From Eledone cirrhosa (Eukaryota), in the NCBI GenBank assembly GCA_964016885.1, contig OZ024745.1, forward strand, positions 85,622,001-85,686,000: a stretch of DNA of 64,000 nucleotides, in the 5' to 3' direction. Within the stretch, counting starts at the first letter, position 1. Each line of letters opens with the position of its first letter. Positions 27,447-43,244 of the stretch are shown piece after piece. The position numbers were made by a program, and so were the translations under genes. Below the pieces are notes generated by a model. The model saw only the letters and a list, made by a program, of their open reading frames with translations. It was not told where the DNA came from and ran no database searches.

Positions 27447-28334
27447 ATATATACATATATTATTTATATATATCTTCCTCAGAAGCTATTTTCAATAAGG
27501 CATCCCCCTACTTTAATAAAGCCCTCCAAAATAACGGTTTTAGCGAACCGATTAAATACATACCCAACTATACTAACTCTATTAAACATAAAAACAGGAA
27601 AAGAATAATAATCTGGTTCACCCCCCCCCCCCCCCTTCTCTCTAGCAGTTAAACCTAATGTAGGCAAAAAATTCCTAGAGCTCTTAGATAAACATTTCCC
27701 TAGAACACATAGATACTATAACATCTTTAATAGAAACTATGTCAACATTAGCTACTCCTGCGGTCCCCCTATTAAATCCTATATCATCAACAAAAAATCA
27801 CCTAGAGAACATCAAAATTGCTCCTGCAGAATCAAAAGTGAATGCCCATTACAAGGTAAATTCAACACCAAAGCCATTGTATATGCGGCTAAAGTGACAA
27901 CCATCAGCAACAACCAACCAGCCACCAGTGAACGATATGTGGGTATGACGCAAGACAAATTCAAAACGCGTTATTACTCATATGTCGCATCCTTTTGACA
28001 TCCAGAAAAAGATTTACAACAGCCCTGGCTAGCGGAATATGGGATTTGAAAGACCAAGGTATCCAATATAAATCGGAACGAACAAGAAAATGCACGCTCT
28101 GCATAAATGAAAAATATTGGATTTTGCAAAATCTTAAATTACCAAAGACCTGCCTAAACACAAAGACAGAAATTTTCACCAGTTGCCCACACATGAAATC
28201 ACACCTGCTTTCCAGCTCAAATAAACTTAACACACTTTCAGATACTTATCCTCCATAAGCTCTTATTCTTCACTTAAATTATTCTCTTTAAGACTACCTT
28301 TTATGATTTACTTTCATTTTTAACCTTATTATTA

Positions 28335-28560
28335 ATTTTTTTATTTTTATTATTTTTATTTTTATTTTTATTTTTATTTTTATTTTTATTTTTATTTTTA
28401 TTTTTATTTTTATTTTTATTTTTATTTTTATTTTTATTTTTATTTTTATTTTTATTTTTATTTTTATTATTTTTATTTTTATTTTTATTTTTATTTTTAT
28501 TTTTATTTTTATTTTTATTTCTATTTTTATTTTTATTTCCATTTTTTTATTTATTTTTTT
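28335..28560. repeat. (ATTTTT)n hexamer repeat
   Basis: Direct reading. Confidence 0.9.
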
Positions 28561-29790
28561 TTTTTTTATTTTTAGTTTTATTTTTTATTTTTTTTTTAAA
28601 TCTTTATTTTTACTTCACATCCACCACTACCCCCCCTTTATTCTCCGATTCACTTACCTAATATCTTCACTTTCCAATTTTTACTTCCCTATTTTGTTCA
28701 CTACCTGATCATACAAGTCAGTTGCGTTTTCCACTCCAGATATTTTCTGTTATTTCGCAGCCAATTTTATATTTTTATATTTGTACTCACTTATTCACAA
28801 GACTGTTTTTACACCCTCTACCTATGTGTCTGAGCGTCTTTATGTGTGTATACTTTCTGTATATGTACACGAACGCCTCCGTATGTGTGCGCGCGTCCGT
28901 GTATATATATATGTGTATGTATGTGTGTTTTTATATCTGTGTTTTTACATCTATGTTTTTTTACATTCTTATTTTTATGTGTCTGCATGTAAGCGGGTCA
29001 ACGTGCGTGAGTGTATCTATGTGTGTGTGCGCGTGTGTACGTACTGAATGTATGGATGTATATGTGTGCGTATGTATATATATATATATATATTTATGTG
29101 TGTGTCTATACAGTCGCGTACGTACGCGTGATTAGATATACATGGGGCGATGTGTATGTATATATATATGTGCATCCTGTGTGTGTATGTATGCTTGCAT
29201 ACGCTTTTGTCTGCACGTATTGCGTGTATATATATATTTTTTATAGATATATGTTTCTTATAGATATATGTGTGTATGTACGCGTGTACCTTGTTTGTTT
29301 TCTTTTCTTTACTTTGCAATTTTTTCTTTCTAAATTATTGTTCAATTTTTATAATCATATCGAGAATGACACTTTCTTTTTACTATTACACTCCCTTACC
29401 TCTTTTTCTTCCGCATATAAGTGTACGCGCGTGTGTGTGTGTTTATACGCGTGCCTTTATATTCTTATAATGTATCTAATACCCTGTTTTTCTGTATAAC
29501 TGTCAACTAGACACTCATATCATGCCTGTGTCTGTGGTTACATATACACAGATATACTTGCTCTCATATATATATTTACGCACACATTTTCACTATACAC
29601 ACACATTTGTACATACATACATATGTACATCTGTGAGTGTATATACATACATATACACACACCTAACTATATTTCTTAAAAACATTTTTTTATATATTTT
29701 ATATGTCTATTGTATTACCTTTATCTATATATATATTATTTTTTTTTGCATTTCTTGAGAAGACTTTCCAAATATTTTACTATGTTTTAT

Positions 29791-29868
29791 ATTGCCTCGT
29801 CCGACGAACGAATGAAGACGTTTCTTTCGTATTCGTCTTATTCGGGAAAGCTCTGGTAATGAGGTAAT
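29791..29868 (+). ncRNA. HHR, U4C variant
   Basis: attgcctcgt-CCGACGA-acgaatgaagacg..cgtcttattcgg-GAAA-gctctgg-TA-atgaggtaat; 10-bp stem I, weak stem III. Confidence 0.7.
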
Positions 29869-29894
29869 TATATTGTATTGTTTTTTATACATCA

Positions 29895-30305
29895 TATATT
29901 ATATATATATATTATATATATATATATATTATATATATATATATATATTATATATATATATATTATATATATATATATTATATATATACATATATTATAT
30001 ATTTATATATATTATATATATATAAATATTATATATATATATAAATATTATATATACATATTATATATATTTATATATATATTATATATATTTATATATA
30101 TATTATATCTATTTATATATATATTATATATATTTATATATATATTATATATATTTATATATTATATATATTTATATATATATTATATGTACTTATTTAT
30201 ATAGTATATATATTTATATATATATTGTATATATTTATATATATATTATATATATATATATATATTATATATATTATATATATTTATATATATATATATG
30301 TTATA

Positions 30306-30337
<32 letters not shown>

Positions 30338-30770
30338 TACATATATATATATATTATATATATATATTCTATATATATACATTATAAATATATATTCTAT
30401 ATATATATATATTATATATATAATATATATATTATATATATATATATATATATTACATATATAATATATATATTATATATATATATATATATTATATATA
30501 TATATATATATTATATATATATATTATATATATATATAAATATTATATATATATATATATTATATATATATATATTATATATATTATATATATTTATATA
30601 TATATTATATATATTTATATATATATTATATATATTTATATATATATTATATATATTTATATATATTATATATATTTATATATATATTATATATATTTAT
30701 ATATATATATATGTTATATATATATTATATATATTTATAAATATATATGTTATATATATATATATTATAT
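29895..30770. repeat. Imperfect (TA)n microsatellite (representative; similar tracts separate all islands)
   Basis: Direct reading. Confidence 0.95.
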
Positions 30771-31398
30771 AAATGAAAGTATAGAAATTATTGTGAGCGT
30801 GAAGCCAACAGTATTTCATAATATATATAACATCGAAATGGAAAATAATTAACGTAAGATGTGGGAAAATAATTCAAGCTCAATTAAAAAAATCAAGACA
30901 GATTTATCCATAGAATTTTGTGAAATCCAGGGAATTTATATAATATATAATATTTATATATTATATAATATATATATATATATATTACATATATATATAT
31001 TATATATATATATATATTATATATTTATATATATATATTATATATATATATATATTACATATATGGATATATATTATATATATATATATATGTTATATAT
31101 ATATATATATTATATATATATATATTATATATATATATATATATTATATATATATATATTATATATAAATATATTATATATATATATATATTAAATATAT
31201 ATATATTATATATATATATATATATTATATATATATATGGAGGAAGTTATAGTTCACTTGAAGCATTGTGTAATGAGGTATAAACGTTTGTATATGTATA
31301 CTAAAGCCAAAACAATGCAGGTATAGACATAGAATAAAGAAAGCAAATGCATAAATATTGTTGACAATTAGTCTTTTACCTTAGATTTATTTAAATGT

Positions 31399-31433
31399 CC
31401 TTAATTTTCGAGATAATATCTCTTCTTCGGAGG
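31399..31433 (-). ncRNA. Ultra-minimal HHR-like motif (U4C)
   Basis: cct-CCGAAGA-agagat att atctc-GAA-AATT-A-agg; plus-arm copy 34441-34475 has G12A. Confidence 0.5.
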
Positions 31434-31807
31434 GAAGTAAAGCGGTTAAACCAGTATTCTAAATAGCTTGCCAAGTCATACTGACAGGAAATGGTATAGA
31501 GTATCTGTTCTATCTCTAATGTCAAAGAGTTAAGGTTAGGTGGATAAAGAGTAGTCTCCCTTTAAAAGGGTTTTTTGTACATGCCTGTTTAAGTGTGTGG
31601 TAGAATGTGTGAGGTGTAAGTATGTGTGTGTGTGTGCGTGTGTGTATGTGAGTGTGAGAAGATATGTCTATACGTAAATGTGGGGGATATATGTAATCTC
31701 GTGTTAGAACTGGTCTTTGTGTGTGTATGTGTGTGTGAGAGAGAGAATAAGTGGAGGTGTAAGCGTGTGTGTGGGAGGGCGGTGTAAATATGGGGCTAGA
31801 TGCTATA

Positions 31808-33900
31808 TCAAGTTATAAATTGGGTGTTGAGTTCTAGTCTATTATTGATTGGTGGTTGTGTTTTGTCTATAATTAGTGCTTCCTTAATTCTAAGATTGCC
31901 GAGGTTTCTTTCCTTAATTTCTATCCTAACTGTTATGGTTTTGTCAGTGTTTTTACATTTAACTAGGTGTTTTTTAAATGAGGAAGCGTTAGTATTGAGG
32001 TGTTCTTTTATTCTTATGTGGAGTGGCCTGGTGGTGCTACCTAAGTAGAGTTTGCTGCATTTGTTGCACTCTAGTCTGTATACGACGTAAGCCTGGTGGC
32101 ATATGTCTGTGTCGTTGATGGGGTAGTTGGCTAGCCTGCAGCGGTTGTCATGTCTGGTGGAGTGTCTTTTGGTTAGCTGTCCGCGTAGAGAAGGACCTGA
32201 GTGGGCCAGTTGGATATCTAGTCCCTCTCGTCTGATAGCTCTGCGGATGGCTGTTGTTGTTTCGTCACTGAAGTGTGGGAGCTTCAGGAAGCAAGTGTTA
32301 GTGCCTCTGGTGTGATGTCCTCTGTTCTTTCTGGCACGGTTTGAGGTGGATGTCGTGTATCCGTTCAGTTTGAGTACTTCCAGGAAATGTGTGGTGTGTG
32401 TGTCTCGGTCTCTAGCGTCGGTGCATTTGTTCCGGATACGTGTTAGTTCGTTCCTTATGTATCCGAACTTAGCGCTGGCTGGGAGGGCCGATCTGAAATG
32501 TACGAACAGGTCCCTGCTGGCGGCTTTTTTATAGAAGCAAGTGTGGATGTTGCCATCCTCTGTTACCATGAGTTGGAAGTCCAGTAGGGATAGGGATCCG
32601 CGGTCATCGGGGTGTTCCATGCTGATCTTTATACTGGCGTCCATGCTGGAGAATGTTGTGTATATTTTATCCGCCTCCTCACGGGATGATGTAAGGATGA
32701 ATATGTCATGTACATATCGGATGAAGAAGGCATGGGAATGGCAGGTGTTGACGGCTCGGCCATCTTAGCTGGTTCATATAGGTGATGGCCAGCAGGCCCG
32801 ATAGGCTGGATCCATGGGTAATCCTGTTGTCTGTCTGTATGTGGTGGTGGAAGGTGAAGTACGTGTTGTCCACTGTGAAGGCCAAAAGCTGGTGTATGTC
32901 CGTCGGAAGGAGGCCGTAGCAGTGGATGATCTCTGCGACCACACAGTCCGTCAATAAATCGACAGCTGGATGAGTGGGGACTGTAGTGTAGAGGGAGACA
33001 ACGTCGAGCCTAAAGGCGTATCTATTTAGTTTAAGTTGTTCTGTCTGGAGTTGGTGTAGTCTACTTATGACTTCGTCGGAACTACTGACGTGCCCGGGAA
33101 AGGTGGAGAGTAGAGGCTTGAGGACCTGGTAGAGGAGCCAGGAAATTCTGTATAGGGGTCCTTCTATGCTAGAGACGATGGCTCTTATTTGTGTCTTAGT
33201 ACTATTCTTGTGGGTCTTGATGAGGTGGTAGAAAGTGGGCAGTCTGCTATTTATAGTGGTGTAGTTGAGCTTAACTTTATTTGGGAGTTGAATTCTCTTA
33301 CAGCTATCGAACCAGATGGAGTTGGTCTGTTTTTCGATCTGGGCTGCAGTCATGTCCGGGATCTCTGTATATAGTTCATTGTCGCTTAGGTGTTCAAAGG
33401 CTAGGTTGTTGTATGTGGCTTGAGAGATGACGCAAAACTCTTTACCTTTGTCGGATGGTAAGTATATATGTTCCCTATTCCGTAGGTTCTTCAGGGCGTG
33501 TTGTTGTGTCCTGGAGAGGTTTGGGGCTATCTTCTGTTTCCGTAAGATGTTAAATACGGAATGTTTTAGCCTCTAGAGTTTTTCTTCAAGCTTGCGGTGG
33601 ACAGAGTGGGCGATTCAGTTGGTATATCGGGAATCTGGGTTTGTTAGGTTCCGTGGTGTTGTTGCCGAGAGACGATATCCATTTTAGTTGGTAGGCAGCC
33701 CGACAGAAATTCGTTTCTATGTCGAGCCATAATTTGTCGTCCAGTCTCTGTTTCAATATGAACTTGGGACCCAGGCTGGGGAGATCTAATTCCTCTCGGG
33801 AGAGGGATCCTGTCAAGTCTGTGACGAGGTGTTTTGCGTCAGGAGTGTTGTTCAGTGTTGGTACCGTCTTGTTCGCCTCTGTTGGTGCTAAGAGTTGGGA
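31808..33900 (-). pseudogene. Frameshifted PLE RT + GIY-YIG
   Basis: LGPKF, SDKG, FYHLIKTHK, LDVVSLYTTVP, RYVHDIF (YVDD mutated), VYRLECNKC..YLGSTTRPLHIRIKEH, EALII..PPIN. Confidence 0.92.
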
Positions 33901-34914
33901 TGTTGTTAAGGCAGTTAGCCGTTAGTTAATTGCAAAAACGCCGACAAAACCATAACAGTTAGGATAGAAACTAAGGAAAGAAATCTCGGCAATCTTAGAA
34001 TTAAGAAAGCACTAATTATAGACAAAACACAACCACCAATCAATAATAGACTAGAAGTCAACACCCAATTTATAACATGATATATCATCAAGCCCCATAT
34101 TTACCCCCCCCCCCACACACACACGCTTACACCTCCACTTATTCTCTCTCACACACACACATACACACACAAAGACCAGTTCTAACACGAGATAACATCT
34201 ATCCCCCACATTTACGTATAGACATATCTTCTCGCACTCACACAAACACACATACTTACACCGCTCACATTCTCCCTCACACTTAAACAGGCATGTACAA
34301 AAACCCTTTTGAAGGGAGAATACTCTTTATCCAGCTAACCTTAACTCTTTGACATTAGAGATAGAACAGTTACGCTATACCATTTCCTGTCAGCATGACT
34401 TGGCAAGCTATTTAGAACACTAGTTTAAACGCTTTACTTCCCTCCGAAGAAGATATATTATCTCAAAAATTAAGGACATTTAAGTAAATCTAAGGTAAAA
34501 GACTAATTGTCAACAATATCTTTTGCATTTGCATTCTTTATTCTATGTCCATACCTGCATTGTTTTGGCTTTAGTGTACATATAGAAACGTTTATATATA
34601 TATATATATTATATATATATATATAAATATTATATATATATATATATTATATATATATATATTATATATATATATTATATATATATATATATATATATTA
34701 TGTATATATATATATTATATATATATATATTATATATATATATATATTATATATATATATATATTATATATATTATATATATATATTATATATATTAGAT
34801 ATATATATTATATATATTATATATAAATATTATATATATATATATGTTATATATATATTATATATATTATATATATATTATATATATTATATATATATAT
34901 TTATATATATATAT

Positions 34915-34948
<34 letters not shown>

Positions 34949-35164
34949 ATATTATATATATGAATATTATATATATATATTATATTATATATCTCTATTA
35001 TATATATATTTTGTATATTATATATATATATATATCATATATTATAATACATATATATATATATATATATAATATATTATATATATATATATATTATATA
35101 TATATATATATTATATATTATATATATATATATATATTATATATTATATATATATATTATATAT

Positions 35165-35292
35165 TCCCTTTACGATCTGAGTTCAAATCCCGCCGAGGTT
35201 GACTTTGCCTTTCATCCTTACGGGGTCGATAAAATAAAGTACCAGTAATGCACTGGGTAATTGCTGGCCTTGTGCCTAAAGTAGAAACAATT
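35165..35292 (+). mobile_element. 5'-truncated SINE
   Basis: B box plus Meta-like body. Confidence 0.8.
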
Positions 35293-35513
35293 CTATATAT
35301 ATATATATTATATATATATATGTATATATTATATATATATTATATATATATTATATATTATATATATATATATTATATATATATAAATATAATATATATA
35401 TATTATATATATATATGTTATATATATATATGTTTATATTATATATATATATTATATAAATATAAATATATTATATATTATATATATATATATTATATAT
35501 ATATATTATATAT

Positions 35514-35557
<44 letters not shown>

Positions 35558-35718
35558 ATATTTATATTATATATATTTATATATTATATATCTATATATA
35601 TATATATTATATATATATAAATCTTATATATATATTATATATATATATGTTATATATATATATGTTTATATTATATATATATATTATATATATATAAATA
35701 TATTATATATTATATATA

Positions 35719-35752
<34 letters not shown>

Positions 35753-35884
35753 TTTATATATATATTTATATTATATATATATATATATTATATATCTATA
35801 TATATATATATATTATATATATATATATTATATATATATATATTATATATATATTATATATATATATATATATCATATATATAT

Positions 35885-36347
35885 GCAAAGTTTTATTTAA
35901 ATTGTTGGGTTACAACGAGTAAATATTTATAACTGATATAAAAGCACTCAACAAGTATTTGGAGTATATTTACGATATTAAATAAATGGAAACTATATTT
36001 ATAAAACCATATTTATTTCATTATATATATTTCAGGGATATCATATTAAAAATATGTTATGCCTTCTTCAGACAAAATACAATATAAACAGTCTTATAAA
36101 TAGATAGATTCGACATACCTTTCAATTTCAACTTCCATTTAAAAAGTTGATTTGGTAGTGAAAAATATTAGGGACAGTTATAAAAAGAAAGAAAGAAAAA
36201 ACGAAGAAAAAGAAGAAATGCATGCAACTAAATAGAGAGAGATAGATATAGAGAGATAGATAGAGAGAAGAAATTCATGTAAAGAAACAGAGAGAAATAT
36301 ATATAGAGAGGAAAAAACACAGAGGGAGATAGATAGAGAGAGAGAGA

Positions 36348-36403
<56 letters not shown>

Positions 36404-37118
36404 TATAGAGAGATAGATATAGATAGAGATAGAGAGAAAAAGATAGAGATAGAGAGAAAGAAAATAGGTAGTTGGGCACCAGTTGAATGACGTATCAATG
36501 ATACATTTATTTATTTATTTATTTAGCTCTAGTATTGATGTAGAGAGAGATATATGTGGTTAGGAGAGAAAACAGCCGTTACATAGAGAGAAAAGAAAAA
36601 TATCCAGACATAAACGAGGCAGATTTAAAACATTGTTTCATCAATGTAAAAATATCAATTCGTATAAATCAGGCATTATAATGTAAATATCAGTATTCAT
36701 GAATGAGACACGTATCAATAATGTGTGAAAAATAATGATCATATGTCTAGTTTAAAATTCCTAGGTTTATATCAGAGTTGAGATAAAATAGAAGGTTATC
36801 CCAGATTCGATACTATAGACATCCATGTGAATTAACGTGATCAACTCTGCAAATTCATATTTCACACGAAAACATTCTCATTGTGCTATAAAAATTCTAG
36901 TATACATATATGTGCACATACACACAAATATATATAGAGTCTACATTAACTTTAACAATACTATTCTTGTCTTTACTCTACATGATTATCGTTCAAGCAT
37001 AAATAGAGAACAGATATCAATATATCAATAAAAATATCAGTGCCCAACTACCTATTTTCTTTCTCTCTATCTCTATCTTTTTCTTTCTATCTCTATCTAT
37101 ATCTATCTCTCTATATTT

Positions 37119-37152
<34 letters not shown>

Positions 37153-37513
37153 ATCTATCTCCCTCTGTGTTTTTTCCTATCTCTATATATTTCTCTCTGT
37201 TTCTTTACATGAATTTCTTCTCTCTATCTATCTCTCTATATCTATCTCTCTCTATTTAGTTGCATGCATTTCTTCTTTTTCTTCGTTTTTTCTTTCTTTC
37301 TTTTTATAACTGTGCCTAATATTTTTCACTACCAAATCAACTTTTTAAATGGAAGTTGAAGTTGAAAGGTATGTCGAATCTATCTATTTATAAGACTGTT
37401 TATATTGTATTTTGTCTGAAGAAGGCATAACATATTTTTAATATGATATCACTGAAATATATATAATGAAATAAATATGGTTTTATAAATATAGTTTCCA
37501 TTTATTTAATATC
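35885..37513. mobile_element. Fold-back family B element with HHRs at 36014-36079 (-) and 37408-37473 (+)
   Basis: Arms 35975-36480 and 37040-37513; tattttgt-CTGAAGA..GAAA-TATATA-TA-atgaaata. Confidence 0.82.
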
Positions 37514-37650
37514 CTATCATATATATATGTATATATTATATATATATATATTATATATATATATATTATTATATATATATATATATTATATATATATATA
37601 ATTATATTATATATATATATATATTATATATATATATTATATATATATAT

Positions 37651-37711
<61 letters not shown>

Positions 37712-37715
<4 letters not shown>

Positions 37716-38685
37716 GAAACACACAGATACATGCGGACACACACATATATACATGAATTCATCCGCACCCAACTATGAGTTAAGGGTGCCAACTTCACCG
37801 ATGTTGCTCAATGAATGACTGGGACAGACCTATCCAGTTGAACTAGACTGAACCAGTATCAGAGTTAAAAATACATTATGAAGAGAGAAGAAACATTTAG
37901 ATATAATTAGTAATAAAATGTATCATACCTAAACTGCTTCTAAATTCCTCGAGTACGTAGTTTCGTGGCATAAACAAAAACAATATATCATAAAGATATA
38001 GAGTACTTGCGAGGTCTGCCGACTTATCAAGAGGATACCTCATTTTACTAGTCTCAAGAACGCGTCTACACGACGTGAGAAAGAATCCCAAAAGGCGGAG
38101 GGGGAGATAGTCACGTGATATAACGGTCGAGAAACAGAGCTAAGCCTCTTATAACCCCGAAGAAAATACCACGGAGGCGGAGGGGGTATTTATATCGAGG
38201 CCGTAGAAGAGGTGGTGTAGGAGGCGAGAAGTATGAGTAATGGAAGCTTTCCAGCTGTCCTCACTCTTCAAAGATTGCTCGACCAGAGGGAGTTATTAAC
38301 AATATATTTAGAAACACACAGATACATGCGGACACACACATATATACATGAATTCATCCGCACCCAACTGTGAGTTAAGGGTGCCAACTTCTGTGGTATT
38401 TTCTTCGGGGTTATAAGAGGCTTAGCTCTGTTTCTCGACCGTTATATCGCGTGACTATCTCCCCCTCCGCCTTCTGGGATTCTTTCTCACGTCGTGTAGA
38501 CGCGTTCTTGGGACTAGTAAAATGAGGTATCCTCTTGATAAGTCGGCAGACCTCGCAAGTACTCTATATCTTTATGATATATTGTTTTTGTTTATGCCAC
38601 GAAACTACGTAGTCGAGGAATTTAGAAGCAGTTTAGGTATGATACATTTTGTTACTAATTATATCTAAATGTTTCTTCTCTCTTC

Positions 38686-38690
<5 letters not shown>
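37712..38690. mobile_element. Fold-back non-coding element (family M)
   Basis: Arms 37876-38172 and 38392-38690; direct repeat 37712-37795 / 38306-38390. Confidence 0.8.
38530..38619 (+). ncRNA. Type I HHR, U3-A8 variant
   Basis: tcctc-TTGATAA-gtcggca...tgccac-GAAA-CTACGTAG-TC-gagga; mirror copy 37946-38035. Confidence 0.8.
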
Positions 38691-38727
<37 letters not shown>

Positions 38728-38847
38728 ATATATTATATATATATCATATGTATATATATATTATATTATATATATATTATATATATATATATTATATATA
38801 TATATATTATATATATATTATATATATATTATATATATATATATATC

Positions 38848-38946
<99 letters not shown>

Positions 38947-39341
38947 ATATTATATATATATATTTATATTATATATATATATATTATATATATATATTTA
39001 TATTATATATATATATATTATATATATATATATTATATATATATATATATTATATGTATATATATATTATATATATATATATTATATATATATATATATT
39101 ATATATATATATATATTATATATATATATATTTATATTATATATATATATATTATATATATATATTTATATTATATATATATATATTATATATATATATA
39201 TATATTATATATATATATATATATTTTATATATATATATATTTTATATATATATATTATATATAAATATTATATATATATATTATATATATATATAATAT
39301 ATATATATATATATTATATATATATATATTATATATACATT

Positions 39342-39528
39342 GTGGTGGATTGGCAGTATTGATAGAGGGTCGGACGCCATGATTTCCAGCATAGTTACGT
39401 CCCTTTATGATCTGAGTTCAAATCCCGCCGAGGTTGACTTTGCCTTTCATCTTTACGGGGTCGATAAAATAAAGTACCAGTAATGCACTGGGTAATTGCT
39501 GGCCTTGTGCCTAAAGTGGAAACAATTA
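39342..39528 (+). mobile_element. tRNA-derived SINE
   Basis: A and B boxes, same family. Confidence 0.85.
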
Positions 39529-39580
39529 TATATACATATATTATATTATATATAACTATTATATATATTATATATATATA

Positions 39581-39623
<43 letters not shown>

Positions 39624-39786
39624 ATATATTATATATTATATATATGTATTATATATATATATATATTATATATATATATATATTATATATATATATATTA
39701 TATATATATATATGATATATATATTATATATAAATATTATATATATATATATTATATATATATATATTTTAATATTTATATATATA

Positions 39787-40117
39787 AATGAAGTAATTCC
39801 GTCGGAAAAGTCCAGGAAAAAGGAGTGCTCTATGTAGGTAACAGAGCTTAATAGTTATGTAATAAACAACATAAAGCAATTATTCCATTTACCAGTGGTT
39901 TCTTATAAGCAATAAATTTTGCTTTCAATCCTCAGAATGAAAAAATCCTGGTCTGTTTATTGAATTTGGATTTTAAAAATCTAATTGGTTTTTAAAATCC
40001 AAATTCAATAAACAGACCAGGATTTTTTCATTCTGAGGATTGAAAGCAAAATCTTTTCCTTTTAAGAAACCACTGGTAAATGGAATAATTGCCTTATGTT
40101 GTTTATTACATGACTAT
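39787..40117. mobile_element. 330-bp hairpin element with two inverted family C HHRs
   Basis: Arms 39852-39980 and 39987-40117; HHR 39883-39942 (-) and 40026-40085 (+), core CTGAGGA. Confidence 0.85.
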
Positions 40118-40574
40118 ATATATATATATCTATTATATATATATATATTATATAAATAAATATATATATATATATATTATGTATATATATATATTATATA
40201 TATATATATTATATATATATATATTATATATATATATATATATATTATATATATTATATATATATATTATATATATTAGATATATATATTATATATATTA
40301 TATATATTATATATATTATATATATTATATATAAATATATCATATATATATATTTTATATATATATTATATATATTATATATAGATATTATATATATATA
40401 TATATTATATATATTATATATATATATATATTTTATATATATGTATTATATATATATATGTTATATATATATATATATTATATATATGAATATTATATAT
40501 ATATATTATATTATATATATATATTATATATATATATTGTATATTATATATATATATATATATTATATGTTATA

Positions 40575-40635
<61 letters not shown>

Positions 40636-40714
40636 TATATATATATATATATTATATATTATATATATATATATTATATATTATATATATATATTATATA
40701 TATATATTATATAT

Positions 40715-40842
40715 TCCCTTTACGATCTGAGTTCAAATCCCGCCGAGTTTGACTTTGCCTTTCATCCTTACGGTGTCGATAGGATAAAGTATCAGTAATG
40801 CACTGGGTAATTGCTGGCCTTGTGCCTAAAGTAGAAACAATT
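40715..40842 (+). mobile_element. 5'-truncated SINE
   Basis: Same truncation point as 35165. Confidence 0.8.
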
Positions 40843-41301
40843 ATATATATATATATATTATATATATATATGTATATAATATATATATATATTATATATA
40901 TATTATATATTATATATATATATATATTATATATATATATATATTATATATATATATTATATATATATATGTTATATATATATATATGTTTATATTATAT
41001 ATATATATTATATATATATAAATATATCATATATTATATTTAGATATATTATATATATATATATATGATACATATATATATATTATATATATATATATAT
41101 ATTATATATATATATACTTATATTATATATATATATATATTATATATCTATATATATATATATATTATATATATATAAATATTATCTATATATATTATAT
41201 ATATATGTTATATATATATATGTTTATATTATATATATATATTATATATATATATATATAATATATATATATATATTAACTATATATATATTATATATAT
41301 A

Positions 41302-41395
<94 letters not shown>

Positions 41396-42068
41396 TATAT
41401 ATATATATATTATATATCTATCTATATATATATATATTATATATATATATATATTATATATATATATATATTATATATATATATATATATCATATATATA
41501 TATATATATTATATATATATATATCACATATATATATATCATATGTATATATATATTTTATAAATATATATATATTATATATATATATTATTTATATATA
41601 TATTATATATATATATATCATATGTATATATATATTATATATATATATATATAATATATATATATATTATATATATATACTATATATATATATATTTATA
41701 TTATATATATATATATTATATATATATATTATATATATATATAATATATATATATATTATATATATATATATTATATATATATATATTATATATATATAT
41801 ATATTATATATATATATATCATATTTATATATATATTATATATATATATATATATTATATATATATATATAATATATATGTATATTATATATATATATAT
41901 ATTTATATTATATATATATATATTATATATATATATCATATATATACATATTTTATATATATATATATTTTATATATATATATTATATATAAATATTATA
42001 GTTATATATTATATATATATATAATATATATATATATTTATATTAATATATATATCTTATATATATAT
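40843..42068. repeat. Imperfect (TA)n microsatellite, ~1.2 kb
   Basis: Direct reading. Confidence 0.95.
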
Positions 42069-42255
42069 TGTGGTGGATTGGCAGTATTGGTAGAGGGTCG
42101 GACACCATGCTTTCCAGCATAGTTACCTCCCTTTATGATCTGAGTTCAAATCCCGCCGAGGTTGACTTTGCCTTTCATCCTTACGGGGTCGATAAAATAA
42201 AGTACCAATAATGCACTGGTGAATTGCTGGCCTTGCGCCTAAAGTAGAAACAATT
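42069..42255 (+). mobile_element. tRNA-derived SINE
   Basis: A and B boxes. Confidence 0.85.
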
Positions 42256-42521
42256 ATATATATATATATATTATATTATATATAAATATTATATATATAT
42301 ATTATATATATATATATTATATATATATATGTATATATTATATATATATATATTATATATATATATTATATATATATTATATATATATATATTATATATA
42401 TATATATATATAATATATATATATATATTATATATATATATGATATATATATATATTATAATATAAATATTATATATATATATATTATATATATGTATAT
42501 ATATTTTAATATATATATATA

Positions 42522-42655
42522 AATGAAGTAATTCCGTCGGAAAAGTCCAGGAAAAAGGAGTGCTCTATATAGGTAACAGAGCTTAATAGTTATGTAATAA
42601 ACAACATAAGGCAATTATTCCATTTACCAGAGGTTTCTTATAAGCAAAAAATGTT
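42522..42655 (-). mobile_element. Partial family C tail
   Basis: Matches 39787-39915. Confidence 0.8.
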
Positions 42656-43010
42656 ATATATATATATATAATATATATATAAATATTATATATATATATA
42701 TATTATATATATATATGTATATATTATATATATATATATATTATATATATATATATATTTTATATTATATATATATATTATATATATATATATTATATAT
42801 ATATTATATATATATACATATATTATATATATATAATATATATATATATAATATTATATATATATATTATATATATATATATGTATATAATATATATATA
42901 TATATTATATATATATTATATATATATATTATATATGATTGGAATTTTACCTTGCCTTTGGATTTTCATTTTCATACTTATATATATATATCTATATCTA
43001 TATATATATA

Positions 43011-43060
<50 letters not shown>

Positions 43061-43071
43061 TAGATATATTA

Positions 43072-43196
<125 letters not shown>

Positions 43197-43244
43197 TTTA
43201 TATATATATACTAAATATATATATATTTTATAACACATAGATAT

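Larger units (their letters stand above)
27470..29870 (+). mobile_element. 5'-truncated Naiad-like PLE (EN pseudogene 27470-28258) with long 3' UTR
   Basis: ASPYFN..WFTPP..CSC..CPL..YVGMT..CTLC..E..CPH; HHR at the 3' end. Confidence 0.75.
31239..34594 (-). mobile_element. Penelope/Poseidon-like PLE with inverted arms
   Basis: Arms ~31280-31940 and ~33955-34594; RT-EN body on the minus strand. Confidence 0.88.
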
